Source: Nemertoderma westbladi (taxonomy: Eukaryota; Animalia; Xenacoelomorpha). From it: a stretch of DNA of 64,000 nt. The translations under genes were made by a program, and so were the position numbers. The DNA is taken from positions 45,723-109,722 of the forward strand of contig JAUCBJ010000697.1 of the NCBI GenBank assembly GCA_032718475.1, in the 5' to 3' direction. The notes under the pieces were generated by a model. That model saw only the letters and a program-made list of their open reading frames with translations, made no database searches and was not told where the DNA came from. Below, piece by piece: positions 10,704 through 24,400 of the stretch. Position 1 is the first letter of the stretch, and the number at the start of each line of letters is the position of its first letter.

Positions 10704-13407
10704 CGACAAATAACGTATCCGATACCGACGAGATGGATCACCACACAGACTCGGAAGCCGACGAGGTACCAAACGTCAAGAACATGACCCGTCGGCTAGG
10801 GGCTCTCAAAGGCGGAGTAACCCGAGCGTATCAACGGATGGAGAAACAACTCAAGGGAGTCAAAAACCCCCTCAATGAGGTACAAACTCAGCTCCAAAGT
10901 ATCCGAAATATCCTACAGCGGTACGAAAGAATGATACAGGCGTACCAAGAGCTCGTTCCCTCCACTGATCAGGAAAACTACCCCAAGTTGGAAGAACACG
11001 TTGTACATCTAGATGGGTTCCGCAAACAACACCGGAGGACCCTCAGCCTTGTGAGAGGCTATGAAGAACAGTATTACAAGAGGGCTGAAAGAACAGACGC
11101 GGAATCAGTACGATCCTCCAGCATCAGGACAGCAGTACATCGAAAGAGAACGGGGTCCGCTAGAAATCAGCACTCCAGCGCTAGGAGCGAGATATCCGGC
11201 TCAGCGCACAGTTCTCAAGGGGGGCCGCCACTCCGAGACCAACTGCGAGAACGGAAGGCATTAGCCCTCAAAGCTCGGATGGAAGATGAGTATATTCAAC
11301 TGCAAGCCGAGCAAGATATATTAGCCGCCGAAATGCAAAAACGGGAGGCCGAACAAGAGGTCGAACGGCGGGCCGAGCAACATAGACAGGAGGCTGAACA
11401 ACGTGAACGAGAGGCCAGACAAGAGATCGAACAACGTAAATGGGAAGCAGAAATGCGTAAACAACACGCCGAGGCCCAAGCAATTCTCACCCACAAAAAG
11501 AATGCGGATATTGCGAAACTCGCGGAATACGAAGCCGCACTTATAGAACGAGATATTCAACTATACGAGGACTGGGAAAGGGATATAGATCAGGAATATG
11601 AACCAATCCCGGTACCGGAATTAGAGAAGTCACTTTCACCAACAGCGGCGAAACTTCCGAAACCCGAGATCCCGCCTACCATACAGTCTACCTTATCGGC
11701 ACAAGCACCGGTGTTCCATCTCCCACCGGTTACGCTTAAAAATGAGGAACCGTATTTCCCATCCAACCCCACAGCAACGAGTGTACCCAAGTACGAGCCT
11801 GAAAGGGACTCGGAACGGGACGCCACTCCTCGATCCAACAACCCGTTCACATCCACACCACAAACCCGTAGTCGCGTCATCATTAAAACTCCACCTACCA
11901 TTGATCCATCGAGTATGGGAGAGAGTGCCAATAACTATAACCCTCCGAACCACTCCAGTTCGGACAACATCGGCATTATCCGGGCATTGGAAAACCGCCT
12001 CTCCATGCCCAAGATGGAGATCCGCACCTTCGAAGGAGATCCCGTCGATTACCTCAGATTCAAGAAACGGTTCTTTGCGCAGATTGGATCAACGGACATA
12101 GCCGATGCACAGAAACTGGTATATTTATCGCAATACCTGGGTGACAAACCACGCCGAATCATCGCTTGTTTTGAGGGAGGTTCTCATGAAGCATACTACG
12201 ACGCATGGAAAACTCTAGACAAAAGATACGGAAATACCGGGACTATAATTAATAAAACTCTAGAGAAACTGATACAAGACGCGGGATCACTAGGGGACCC
12301 ACAGAACCTCCAGGAATTTTCAGATTCCATGAAGGATGCCTACTACACTCTGAAACCCTTAAATAAGGAGGACCAGGTGAACAACATTCTAAACCTCCGA
12401 CAGATCGCCCGGAAGTTCCCCGGATGGCTGCAAAGTAAGTGGGCCTATAAATGCGTAGATCTCCGGCACAGACATCCAGATCGAGATCCCAGCTTCCTCG
12501 AAATGTCGGCATTCCTGGACGATATCTCCGAAGCCATGAATGACTCGATGTTCTCGAAACAGAGTCTCGCCAAGTTGGACGCAATGGAGAGCAATTACCA
12601 GAGCAGGGCACCCACTCCAAACCCAAGATTCCGCCCTACTCCTGTGAGTGCGATGGCCATCAGTATGGCTGAGGACTCGGATGACGAGGATTACGAGGAA
12701 CCGACCTTAGCAGAAGAATGGGCATGCTACCTAGCGAATTGGGCACCCGAAAGGGAAGGCACCACAGCCTCCCCTATATGTCTCTTCTGCGGAGAGAAAC
12801 ATAAGTTGGAATTCTGCGGAAAGTTCCAGTTTGCTGAACTCGTCCCACGCTTCGAGGCGATGATGAAACACCGAGGATGCTTCCGGTGTCTTGGAACAGG
12901 TCACTACGTTCGGGATTGCGACCAAAGGTCGTGTTGTGCGGTTTGTAACGACCTACGTCATCACACGCTCCTCCACATCCCCGCGAACTTCGACTTCACT
13001 ACCCTCCCCTTTCGGATCGAAGCCAAGCGAAGAGGAGAAACGAACCACGTTTCCAAAGGAACCCGGATTACCCAACGGAGAGAAACCAATCCGTTTAAAA
13101 TCTCCACCGATAAACCACAAGTAACCAACATTTCAGCCACGATTAATCTTATAAATCGCCGCTACATGGTCTTCGCAAAGGTAATCCCGGTAAGGATTCA
13201 GGGAGTCGGCAAATCCCTGACGACGCTCGCGTTCCTTGATAATGGGTCTGACGGAACCATCATCGACCGGGATTTCCTCGAGCAACTCGGCCTAGAATAG
13301 GAACCTTGTAAACGGCCCATACAAACCATCACCGATAACAGAGAGGTAGAGTCTGGGGAGGTGCAACTCCAAATGGAAGGAGTAATGAAGGGCTACGAGA
13401 CGGTCAA
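10700..13407 (+). pseudogene. BEL/Pao gag-protease, family A copy 2 (premature TAG at 13298-13300; truncated by satellite)
   Basis: Coiled coil, FEGDPVDYLRF DUF1759-like gag, BEL triple knuckle CLFCGEKHKLEFC/CFRCLGTGHYVRDC/CAVCNDLRHHTLLH, and protease FLDNGS. Copy 1 has TAT where this copy has TAG. Confidence 0.92.
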
Positions 13408-15868
13408 CCACTCCTAACTCCTAACCACTCCTAGTCTTATTACTAAGTTACTAAGCCTACTAACCAGTCCTAGTCTTATTACTAAGTTACTAAGCCTACT
13501 AACCACTCCTAGTCTTATTACTAAGTTACTAAGCCTACTAACCAGTCCTAGTCTTATTACTAAGTTACTAAGCCTACTAACCACTCCTAGTCTTATTACT
13601 AAGTTACTAAGCCTACTAACCAATCCTTGACTTATTACTAAGTTACTAAGCCTACTAACCACTCCTCGTCGTATTACTAAGTTACTAAGCCTACTAACCA
13701 CTCCTATTCTTATTACTAAGTTACTAAGCCTACTAACCATTCCTAGTCTTATTACTAAGTTACTAAGCCTACTAACCAATCCTTGACTTATTACTAAGTT
13801 ACTAAGCCTACTAACCACTCCTCGTCGTATTACTAAGTTACTAAGCCTACTAACCACTCCTATTCTTATTACTAAGTTACTAAGCCTACTAACCATTCCT
13901 AGTCTTATTACTAAGTTACTAAGCCTACTAACCAATCCTTGACTTATTACTAAGCTACTAAGCCTACTAACCACTCCTCGTCGTATTACTAAGTTACTAA
14001 GCCTACTAACCATTCCTAGTCTTATTACTAAGTTACTAAGCCTACTATCCAATCCTTGACTTATTACTAAGTTACTAAGCCTACTAACCACTCCTCGTCG
14101 TATTACTAAGTTACTAAGCCTACTAACCACTCCTATTCTTATTACTAAGTTACTAAGCCTACTAACCACTCCTATTCTTATTACTAAGTTACTAAGCCTA
14201 CTAACCATTCCTAGTCTTATTACTAAGTGACTAAGCCTACTAACCACACCTCGTCGTATTACTAAGTTAATAAGCCTACTAACCACTCCTAGTCTTATTA
14301 CTAAGTTACTAAGCCTACTAACCACTCCTAGTCTTATTACTAAGTTACTAAGCCTACTAACCAATCCTTGTCTTATTACTAAGTTACTAAGCCTACTAAC
14401 CACTCCTAGTCTTATTACTAAGTTACTAAGCCTACTAACCAGTCCTAGTCTTATTACTAAGTTACTAAGCCTACTAACCACTCCTAGTCTTATTACTAAG
14501 TTACTAAGCCTACTAACCAGTCCTAGTCTTATTACTAAGTTACTAAGCCTACTAACCACTCCTAGTCTTATTACTAAGTTACTAAGCCTACTAACCAGTC
14601 CTAGTCTTATTACTAAGTTACTAAGCCTACTAACCACTCCTAGTCTTATTACTAAGTTACTAAGCCTACTAACCAGTCCTAGTCTTATTACTAAGTTACT
14701 AAGCCTACTAACCACTCCTATTCTTATTACTAAGTTACTAAGCCTACTAACCACTCCTAGTCTTATTACTAAGTTACTAAGCCTACTAACCACTCCTAGT
14801 CTTATTACTAAGTTACTAAGCCTACTAACCAGTCCTAGTCTTATTACTAAGTTACTAAGCCTACTAACCACTCCTAGTCTTATTACTAAGTTACTAAGCC
14901 TACTAACCAGTCCTAGTCTTATTACTAAGTTACTAAGCCTACTAACCACTCCTAGTCTTATTACTAAGTTACTAAGCCTACTAACCAATCCTTGACTTAT
15001 TACTAAGTTACTAAGCCTACTAACCACTCCTCGTCGTATTACTAAGTTACTAAGCCTACTAACCACTCCTATTATTATTACTAAGTTACTAAGCCTACTA
15101 ACCATTCCTAGTCTTATTACTAAGTGACTAAGCCTACTAACCACACCTCGTCGTTTTACTAAGTTACTAAGCCTACTAACCACTCCTATTCTTATTACTA
15201 AGTTACTAAGCCTACTAACCATTCCTAGTCTTATTACTAAGTGACTAAGCCTACTAACCACACCTCGTCGTATTACTAAGTTAATAAGCCTACTAACCAC
15301 TCCTAGTCTTATTACTAAGTTACTAAGCCTACTAACCACTCCTAGTCATATTACTAAGTTACTAAGCCTACTAACCACTCCTAGTCTTATTACTAAGTTA
15401 CTAAGCCTACTAACCACTCATAGACTTATTACTAAGTTACTAAGCCTACTAACCACTCCTAGTCTTATTACTAAGTTACTAAGCCTACTAACCACTCCTA
15501 TTCTTATTACTAAGTTACTAAGCCTACTAACCACTCCTACTCTTATTACTAAGTTACTAAGCCTACTAACCACTCCTAGTCTTATTACTAAGTTACTAAG
15601 CCTACTAACCACTCATAGACTTATTACTAAGTTACTCAGCCTACTAACCACTCCTAGTCTTATTACTAAGTTACTAAGCCTACTAACCACTCCTAGTCTT
15701 ATTACTAAGTTACTAAGCCTACTAACCACTCCTAGTCTTTTTACTAAGTTACTAAGCCTACTAACCACTCCTAGTCTTATTACTAAGTTACTAAGCCTAC
15801 TAACCACTCCTATTCTTATTACTAAGTTACTAAGCCTACTAACCACTCCTAGTCTTTTTACTAAGTGA
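13406..15868. repeat. 39-bp tandem satellite (~63 copies)
   Basis: Unit CTAACCACTCCTAGTCTTATTACTAAGTTACTAAGCCTA, with recurring variants. Confidence 0.97.
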
Positions 15869-16830
15869 CGCAAACAGTAATAAATATATTGATAAAACAC
15901 AATTAAAAAAATTAAAAGTAAAGTTCTCTTTGACCATTTGGATTACCCTCAAAGACTGACGTCTTATTTCCAGTGCGGTCCCCCCAGAACTATACTATAG
16001 AAACTCCCGTACTCATTTAGTTACCATTTAAGTATGCAACCCTTGTTACACGTTATACGTTATGGTAAAAGTTATAACTTGTTGAGTCCTTTTAATCACA
16101 CTGAAATTAATATATATCAAACTGAAACTAACCTATGTTAATTTCATCAGATGTTTGTTTTGCTTCAGCCCAACTTATAGATATAATGATTACAGCAAGA
16201 AATAGTAACATAATTAGTGACTTCATATTTATTAATAATTCAACAATTATTTTCAATACCCAGTTGTTTTAATTGAGAATAAGAATATGTTCCAGAATGC
16301 AATAAATGTAAATATTTCTTCGGTTATCTTTGTACATAAGGGCCGGAGTTAATTAAGCCCTAATTATGACTCCTTAATTCCAATGCCCCCCCCCCCCCCC
16401 CCCCCAGTGGAATTTGGCACTCATTTAGTTTTCATGTTCATGTTTTCATGTACAGCAGTGATGCGCCCTGACTTAGTAGCCTACCCTGACCCCCTTGAGG
16501 AGACTTGAATTCAAGTCAACTAAATTTATCGCTAATAAAAAGTAATAATAAAATGTTCTATTACTCAAAATTTATTATTTATTTTGTGACAATTTATATT
16601 CTTTATATCATGAATTATAATCACATGTTCCTTCCATACTTTCCTTAAATCTAAAATGTAATTTACTAATAATTACTTTTTCTGCTTGTCATTAGTTACG
16701 TGTTATGGAATTTACGCGAACTTAATTATTCTAAAGTGATTGACAATGTTTATGTTGGATTTATCGACAGTTTGGTGCTGTTGAGTTGGTACATAATAGT
16801 CTATCTGCCGTTATTACCCTACCCACAACG

Positions 16831-17727
16831 GAATCTCTCCGACACTGTGCCGAAATCTCTCCGACACTGTGCCGAAATCTCTCCGACACTGTGCCGAAAT
16901 CTCTCCGACACTGTGCCGAAATCTCTCCGACACTGTGCCGAAATCTCTCCGAACTGTGCCGAAATCTCTCCGACACTGTGCCGAAATCTCTCCGACACTG
17001 TGCCGAAATCTCTCCGAACTGTGCCGAAATCTCTCCGACACTGTGCCGAAATCTCTCCGACACTGTGCCGAAATCTCTCCGACACTGTGCCGAAATCTCT
17101 CCGACACTGTGCCGAAATCTCTCCGACACTGTGCCGAAATCTCTCCGAACTGTGCCGAAATCTCTCCGACACTGTGCCGAAATCTCTCCGACACTGTGCC
17201 GAAATCTCTCCGACACTGTGCCGAAATCTCTCCGACACTGTGCCGAAATCTCTCCGACACTGTGCCGAAATCTCTCCGACACTGTGCCGAAATCTCTCCG
17301 ACACTGTGCCGAAATCTCTCCGAACTGTGCCGAAATCTCTCCGACACTGTGCCGAAATCTCTCCGACACTGTGCCGAAATCTCTCCGACACTGTGCCGAA
17401 ATCTCTCCGACACTGTGCCGAAATCTCTTCGACACTGTGCCGAAATCTCTCCGAACTGTGCCGAAATCTCTCCGACACTGTGCCGAAATCTCTCCGACAC
17501 TGTGCCGAAATCTCTCCGACACTGTGCCGAAATCTCTCCGACACTGTGCCGAAATCTCTCCGACACTGTGCCGAAATCTCTCCGACACTGTGCCGAAATC
17601 TCTCCGACACTGTGCCGAAATCTCTCCGACACTGTGCCGAAATCTCTCCGACACTGTGCCGAAATCTCTCCGACACTGTGCCGAAATCTCTCCGACACTG
17701 TGCCGAAATCTCTCAGACACTGCCGAC
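16831..17727. repeat. 22-bp tandem minisatellite (~40 copies)
   Basis: Unit GAAATCTCTCCGACACTGTGCC, with occasional 21-bp variants. Confidence 0.97.
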
Positions 17728-17799
17728 ATGACTAAAATTCAACGGTGACATCACGCCGACACTGAGCCGACACAACGCCCACAAACAAAATGACAAAAC

Positions 17800-18288
17800 G
17801 GATTTCTAGTAATTGGGACCAAACAACAGTTAGTCAAAGTTAATATCATCGCAATCAAAGTTGGCAATCATAGTACTGAACCAATGAAAAATGTTCGAAA
17901 TTTGGGTGCCTATTTTGACTCAACAATGTCAATGGAAACTTTCGTTAGTCGAACATCTAGTGGTGTATCATATCACTTAAGAAATCTTCGGAAAATACGG
18001 CCATATCTTACACAATTGGCAGCAGAAAAGCTAGTTCATTCCTTGATATCAAGTCGTTTGGATTACTGTAATTCACTTTACTATGGCATCGCTGAATATC
18101 AATTTTGATCGATTACAAATATGGCTGCACGCCTCGTGACCCGTATACAAAAGTATGATCATATCACACCGATTCTAAAACGGCTTCATTGGTTGCCTGT
18201 AAGACAACGCATTGAGTTTAAAATACTGTTGCTAGTATACAAGTCAGTTAATGGTCAATCTCCAGATTATATTCAAGAATTAACCCAC
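17800..18288 (+). pseudogene. L2-type LINE RT C-terminal fragment
   Basis: VRNLGAYFDS, SRLDYCNSL and LHWLPVRQRIEFKILLLVYK, interrupted by a stop. Confidence 0.85.
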
Positions 18289-18410
18289 AATTGGGTGTTA
18301 AATGGGGTGCGTGTAAGTCTAAGAAATTTGGTGCATATGATGGTGTGAAGCAGGGTGGTATTTGTTCTTCATACTTCTTTAATGTTTATATGGATGACCT
18401 AACGAAATCA
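18289..18410 (+). pseudogene. Short non-LTR RT core fragment of a different family
   Basis: GVKQGGICSSYFFNVYMDDL motif. Confidence 0.7.
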
Positions 18411-18414
18411 TTAC

Positions 18415-18897
18415 TACTACTAGGTCGAGCGAACTCGGACAGTGGAAATGAGATCCTTCCAGGCTTCCCGATTCTCCATAGTTGTCGCAATTTCGTTTCT
18501 CCCAAGTTCAGTATCCCTTTCAAGTTGATCTATATATGTTATGGCAGGTCGTCCACGACTACGCTTTCCATGAGTTGGTTGCCAGAGAAGTAGATCTGGT
18601 AAGACCTCGTCTTTACTTCGCTAGCAGTGCCCACTGAATCTTAATCTGCGTTCACGGAGGGTGGTTGATACAGGTGGTATTGTACCATAAAGCTCGGCGT
18701 TTGTCATGTGTTGTCTCCAGCTGATGTTTAGGGCTGCCCATAGTAGTCTTGTGTAGCAACCATAAATTCGTTGATCAAGTGATTTAGTCAGTGTCCAGGT
18801 CTCACCCCCGTATAAAAATACACTTTCCACTGTGGCTCGAAAGAACTTAGTCTTCAGGTGCCTGGAGAGATCTGATTTCCAGATGGTATCCATTTTT
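18415..18897 (-). mobile_element. 5'-truncated RTE-a copy
   Basis: Near-identical to 2345-2827, with a (TAG)n tail and TSD AATCATTAC at 18406-18414 and 18902-18910. Confidence 0.92.
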
Positions 18898-18967
18898 TTT
18901 TAATCATTACGCCCCCAAGCGAGGCAACTGGGAAATTTAATCATTATTTCAATAAATTCAATAAATA

Positions 18968-19826
18968 GGATTACGCAATGAGGACGGCCACAAAGGGTGA
19001 AGATCTGGGATTCACACTTCAAGAACGCAGAAGTAGTAGATATCCGGCAACTACAGTCACAGACACCGACTTTGCGGATGACATCGCCCTGCTCTCTAAT
19101 ACGCTAGCAGATGCACAGCTTCTACTAAAGAAAGTGGAGAGGGCTGCTAAGGAGGTTGGATTGCATATAAATGCTACCAAGACCGAATTCATGACCTTTA
19201 ATGTTGATGGAAACTTGACAACCATTGATAATAGTCAACTAAGGAAGGTCGATGACTTCCAGTACCTTGGATCATGGATAGAGAGTAGCAAAAAGGACAT
19301 AGAAGTTAGGAAAGCAAAGGCTTGGGTAGCTCTATCAAAAATGGATACCATCTGGAAATCAGATCTCTCCAGGCACCTGAAGACTAAGTTCTTTCGAGCC
19401 ACAGTGGAAAGTGTATTTTTATACGGGGGTGAGACCTGGACACTGACTAAATCACTCGAACAACGAATTGATGGTTGCTACACAAGACTACTAAGGGAAG
19501 CCCTAAACATCAGCTGGAGACAACACATGACAAACGCCGAGCTTTATGGTACAATACCACCTGTATCAACCACCCTCCGTGAAGGCAGATTAAGATTCAG
19601 TGGGCACTGCTGGCGAAGTAAAGACTAGTTCATACCAGATCTACTTCTCTGGCAACCAACTCATGGAAAGCGTAGTCGTGGACGACCGGCCATAACATAT
19701 ATAGATCAACTTGAAAGGGATACTGAACTTGGGAGAAACGAAATTGCGACAACTATGGAGAATCGGGAAGCCTGGAAGGATCTCATTTCCACTGTCCGAG
19801 TTCGCTCGACCTAGTAGTAGTAGTAG
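18968..19826 (+). mobile_element. 5'-truncated RTE-a copy
   Basis: Near-identical to the reverse complement of ~2338-3196. Contains FADD and a (TAG)5 tail. Confidence 0.92.
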
Positions 19827-20043
19827 ACATGTACTGAACAACAAGAGTCCCACAAGTTGGTACCAGTTCCCAAGAAGGGCAACCTAACACTCTATGGTTC
19901 TTTTCGGGGAATGTCATTGATCTCAATTGCTGCAAAGCTATACAATAGAATTCTATTAAATCGCATCAGGGATCCCATTGAGAGACTGCTCCGTGGAAAT
20001 CAGAATTGGTTCCGTAAAGGTCGCGGGACCATGGAGTCCATTT
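19827..20043 (+). pseudogene. RTE family b, 5' part of RT (continues at 25155)
   Basis: VPVPKKGNL...NQNWFRKGRGTMESI joins ILALRRIIEE across the CR1 insertion. Confidence 0.85.
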
Positions 20044-20217
20044 ATTATCTGATGATACAAATTTCGCCGAGTACAATACTGTACTGTGCTGTCCTAATGC
20101 ATACTTAGTACTGCTCGCCTGACTAGTGGACTTTTACTCAGACCGAGAAACTACCCCGGTAGACAGCTTTATCGATATTTTAATCACTCGCTAATATTCC
20201 AAATCTCCCCGTCCGGA

Positions 20218-21041
20218 ATGCCCAACTGGAAGGATGTTGGTGAGGCAATCCTCCGCCGCCTGGACGACCTACACGCAGGCCAAGATGAGCTGCGGAAGGA
20301 AATCAGGGAGCTCCGTGAGCTACAGGATGAGTTTAGATACGAACTCAAGGAGGCACGTCAGGCAATCGTAACTAATACTGCTCGTATTTCCAATCTAGAG
20401 TCTGATAACGCGATCCTTATTAAGCACAATGAGTCATTTCAACGAAAGAATACCGCGCTCCTAGTAGAAAATGAGGAGTTGCAGGTCTACCAACGCCGTC
20501 ACAACATCCTGGTCCACAACCTACCGGAGGAGAACAACTCCGCCAACGAGAGGGCCAGTCTCATCGCAGATGTTCTTACTCCACTTAAATTTTCGATCAA
20601 CGACGTTGACGTCTTCCACCGATTAGGAAACGCGGTCCGCCCTCCGAGCTCGGTTAATGGATCTAAACCTCTTAACCTCTCACTGAACACCTTATTGCGA
20701 GTCGTGCGCTGCTCGTTAAATCGCTGCGCGCTCTACATCGCGCGGCACGAATCCACTCGTTTTATACCCGCAACGGCGTCGTATTTGCCCGCGTCTGCGA
20801 TGGCGACAAGCCGATGCGTATTGGGACTGATCGAGATGTAAATTGCCTCTTCCTTCCACCTCCTGCCAGCTCTGCTCCCGTAGATTCGCTACTCGGGAAC
20901 CCCTCCACTTCCCCGACTGGGCCCACTGTTCCCTCGACCAACACTCCCGCTCGTCCCATTGTCCCCACCTCCAATGGTCGGATGCCGGGATCCTACTACT
21001 CGCCTATAGCTGTGGTCGAAGAAGAGGAGCCCTCCGAGTAG
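20218..21041 (+). pseudogene. LINE ORF1 (coiled coil, RRM, CTD) with internal deletion/frameshift near 20670
   Basis: RRHNILVHNLPEE...FHRLG. The shifted frame reads TEHLIASRALL...SFYTRNGVVFARV and runs into ORF 20814..21041. Confidence 0.75.
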
Positions 21042-21466
21042 TTTCCTAATTTTCTCGTACCATTAACAAAGATAAAACTATAAAGCTTCATAAACATTTC
21101 AGAATGAAAGAAATTCAAATTATTCGGTGACTGGTAGGGAGCCCATACCATTTATTTCAGTTTATTTTATGTAAGTTCCCGGTCAATTTATTCTTATTCA
21201 TAAACTTTACTAATCATATTTCTTGGTTATATTATTTGGTATATCGAATTATTAATACATTTCTTTATATCATCTCATTATAACATTTCCTATCATATTT
21301 TCATATCATTTTCTTCTTTAATACCGAACCATTTATCAACTTATGATATCCACCAAGTAGATTACCTATTATTAAGGTAATAATGTTTATTACCTACCAA
21401 TCTGCTGGGGAACCTAATCTAAACACCGAAGTCCTCCTAGTCTAGGCAAGTCCCTGTACAAATTGC

Positions 21467-24400
21467 ATGTCCGGCCAGCGATACAACCCACCCCCTGACC
21501 GTGTTGACTGTAATTGTGGTTTCTGTTTTTCTAAATTTTATCATTTTGATCTAGTATTCCTCTGTAACTTATGCAATACGCACTACCATCGACAATGTGG
21601 TTCATTCTTAGATGCCCAGGATTTTTCAAATAACTCTGGGAACAATCTAATACATTTTTGTAATTTTTGTTACGCAGGTATATTTCCTTTTTACCCTGTA
21701 TCTAATGATGACCTTGATATATTCTGTTCTGAAAATAGCGAGGACATTTCAGATTCTGATTATAAAGCTACTGGCAACATATTTAGTTCTATTAATCCCG
21801 ATGATAATGTTAATTCAAACTTAATTATTGGCAACTATTACAATGAAGCAAAATTTAACAACACTTTCACTAGTGAGACTACCAACCCATCTTTCTCTGT
21901 CTTTCATTTAAATTGCAGGAGTCTAAATTCAAATTTTACGGCAGTTACAGATTTCTTATCAACGCTCAATAACAAATTCGATATTTTGTCATTTTCCGAA
22001 ACTTTCCCCACTAAGGACCACCCCATTAACAACATATGCATTGATGGTTATAAGAACCCTGTATGTGACTTCCGGGAGTATGGTAAGCTGACCAGGGGAG
22101 GCACAGCGATCTATGTCCGGAGTGAACTGGAGATGGTCGAACGTCCTGATCTACACTTTCCTGGTCCGGAAAACTCCTGGGTAGAAATTTCTCGTCCACA
22201 TCCGAGTAGACCACTAATTATAGGTTGTATCTATCGTCCCGACGAAATATCTTACGACTCATTTGCTACTAAACTAAATGACTCCTTAGCAAAACTGGCA
22301 GCTACTAAACATGATGTAATTATTACCGGTGATATAAATATAGACCTCATAAAGTCAACCAAACCCAATGCCCGAGACTATCTAAATATAATTTCATCTA
22401 ACGGTTTTACCCAAACAATACAGCAACCAACCCGTATAACTACTCACTCTAAGACCCTCATTGACCACGTTATTACTAATATCCATTCATCTATTTGCTC
22501 CCCGGGTGTCTTCCTAACTGAAACTGGCACATCCGATCATCTAGCAACTTTTCTCGTTCTTTCTAACTATTCTACTTTTTTCCGACCTCCGGAGACCAAA
22601 TATGTGTATGACTATAGCCAATTCGATAAAACCAAATTTCTGAAAGACCTGTACAATAAGCAGTGGACTTACAAAACTTCGACTGTACCAGTTTCTGATA
22701 AAGACAAATTCGATAACTTCTACTCAGAATTTACGGCTACTTGTACCACAAATCTACCACGCAAGGCACTTAATAAAAAGTCAGTCTCTAAAAAACCGTG
22801 GTTATCCAATGGTTTACTATTGGCGATCCGCAAAAAGAACTTACTTTACGCAAAGTCCGTCAAACACCCAACCACTGAAAATCACAACATCTTTAAATTA
22901 TACCGTAACAAGCTAACTAGTCTACTTAGGTCTGCCGAGAAGCAATATTATACTTCGGAGTTTACAAATAATTCAAATAATATGCGCAAAACCTGGAAAA
23001 CCATTAATAATCTACTTAACCGATCTAGTAAATCTTCTGTTCCAAAACGTTTAAATATATCTAACAACGGTTCTAATTATAGTGTGACTTCCTCATCTGA
23101 TATAGCTAACCACTTTAACGATTTCTTTTCTACCATAGGACCAAAATTAGCTTCTAAACTGCCAACCACATCACGCAGCCCGACTCGACATATTCAACAT
23201 TCTAAACCTAACTCTCTTGTACTCACAGAAACTTCCGCTGTAGAGGTACACTACAATTTACTTACTTTACGCGACAGTGCTTCATCCAATGACGATTTCC
23301 CTGTACACCTTGTTAAATTAGCCGCACCTATTATAGCAACTCATTTAGCCTACCTAATTAATCTAAGCATAAATCAAGGCCACTTTCCTAATTCTATTAA
23401 GGTATCCAAAGTTATCCCAGTTTATAAAGGTGGCGACCCCTTCCTGACTACCAACTATAGGCCCATCTCTTTACTTTCAGTATTTCATAAAATCTATGAA
23501 TCTGTTATATATTCTCAATTAATATCCTATCTGGAAAAATTTAAAATTATTTCCCCTAATCAGTTCGGCTTTCGTAAGAAATACACTACGTCCATGGCTG
23601 TTATAAACATTGTAGAGTCATTACGTGAAGCTCTTGATAATTACGATTCTTCTTGTTTACTACTAATTGATTTGAAAAAGGCGTTCGACACGCTTAATTT
23701 TTCTATCCTACTTAGCAAAGTACAAATGTACGGTATCCGTGGCACGCCCTTTTCACTATTTTCTGATTATCTTACCAACCGTAGGCAGTGCGTATCTATA
23801 GATAACACTATATCCTCTCTCAGGTCCATTTCATGTGGTATCCCACAAGGGTCGGTTCTCGGGCCAGTCCTTTTTCTTCTTTATATAAATGACTTACCTA
23901 ACTGCACATCCTCCCTCGCGACTCTCTTTGCCGATGACACCACTCTCATGCGACGACACCGCCATCTGACTCCTCTAATCGACTCCATGAATTACGACGC
24001 TAACCTGCTCTATGACTGGCTATGTGACAACCGACTAACGTTAAATATTGATAAGACAGAATACTCCATATTTAAAAACTCCAGATTCCAATCTCAATCT
24101 CACGGTCTATCCATTAATAGTCAACCAATAAAATTTACATCTGCATTTAAGTACCTAGGTATAATTATCGACAATAATTTAACATTCCGCAATCACATAA
24201 GCTACATTCTTAAAAAGATCTCTAGAACCGGAGGTCTTTTCTATAAATTACGTCATATTCTCAGCCCACAGATTTTACGGATGCTCTTTTACTCGTTAAT
24301 ATATCCATACATCTACTATGGCCTCATTGTCTGGGGTGGCACCTACAATACCATCACCAAACCTTTGCGAACAAAACTAAATAAAATTCTACGATGTATT

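Noticed and set aside
13414-17748. Long ORFs over the 39-bp and 22-bp arrays
   Set aside because: Artefacts of stop-free tandem units. They are open in multiple frames and strands.
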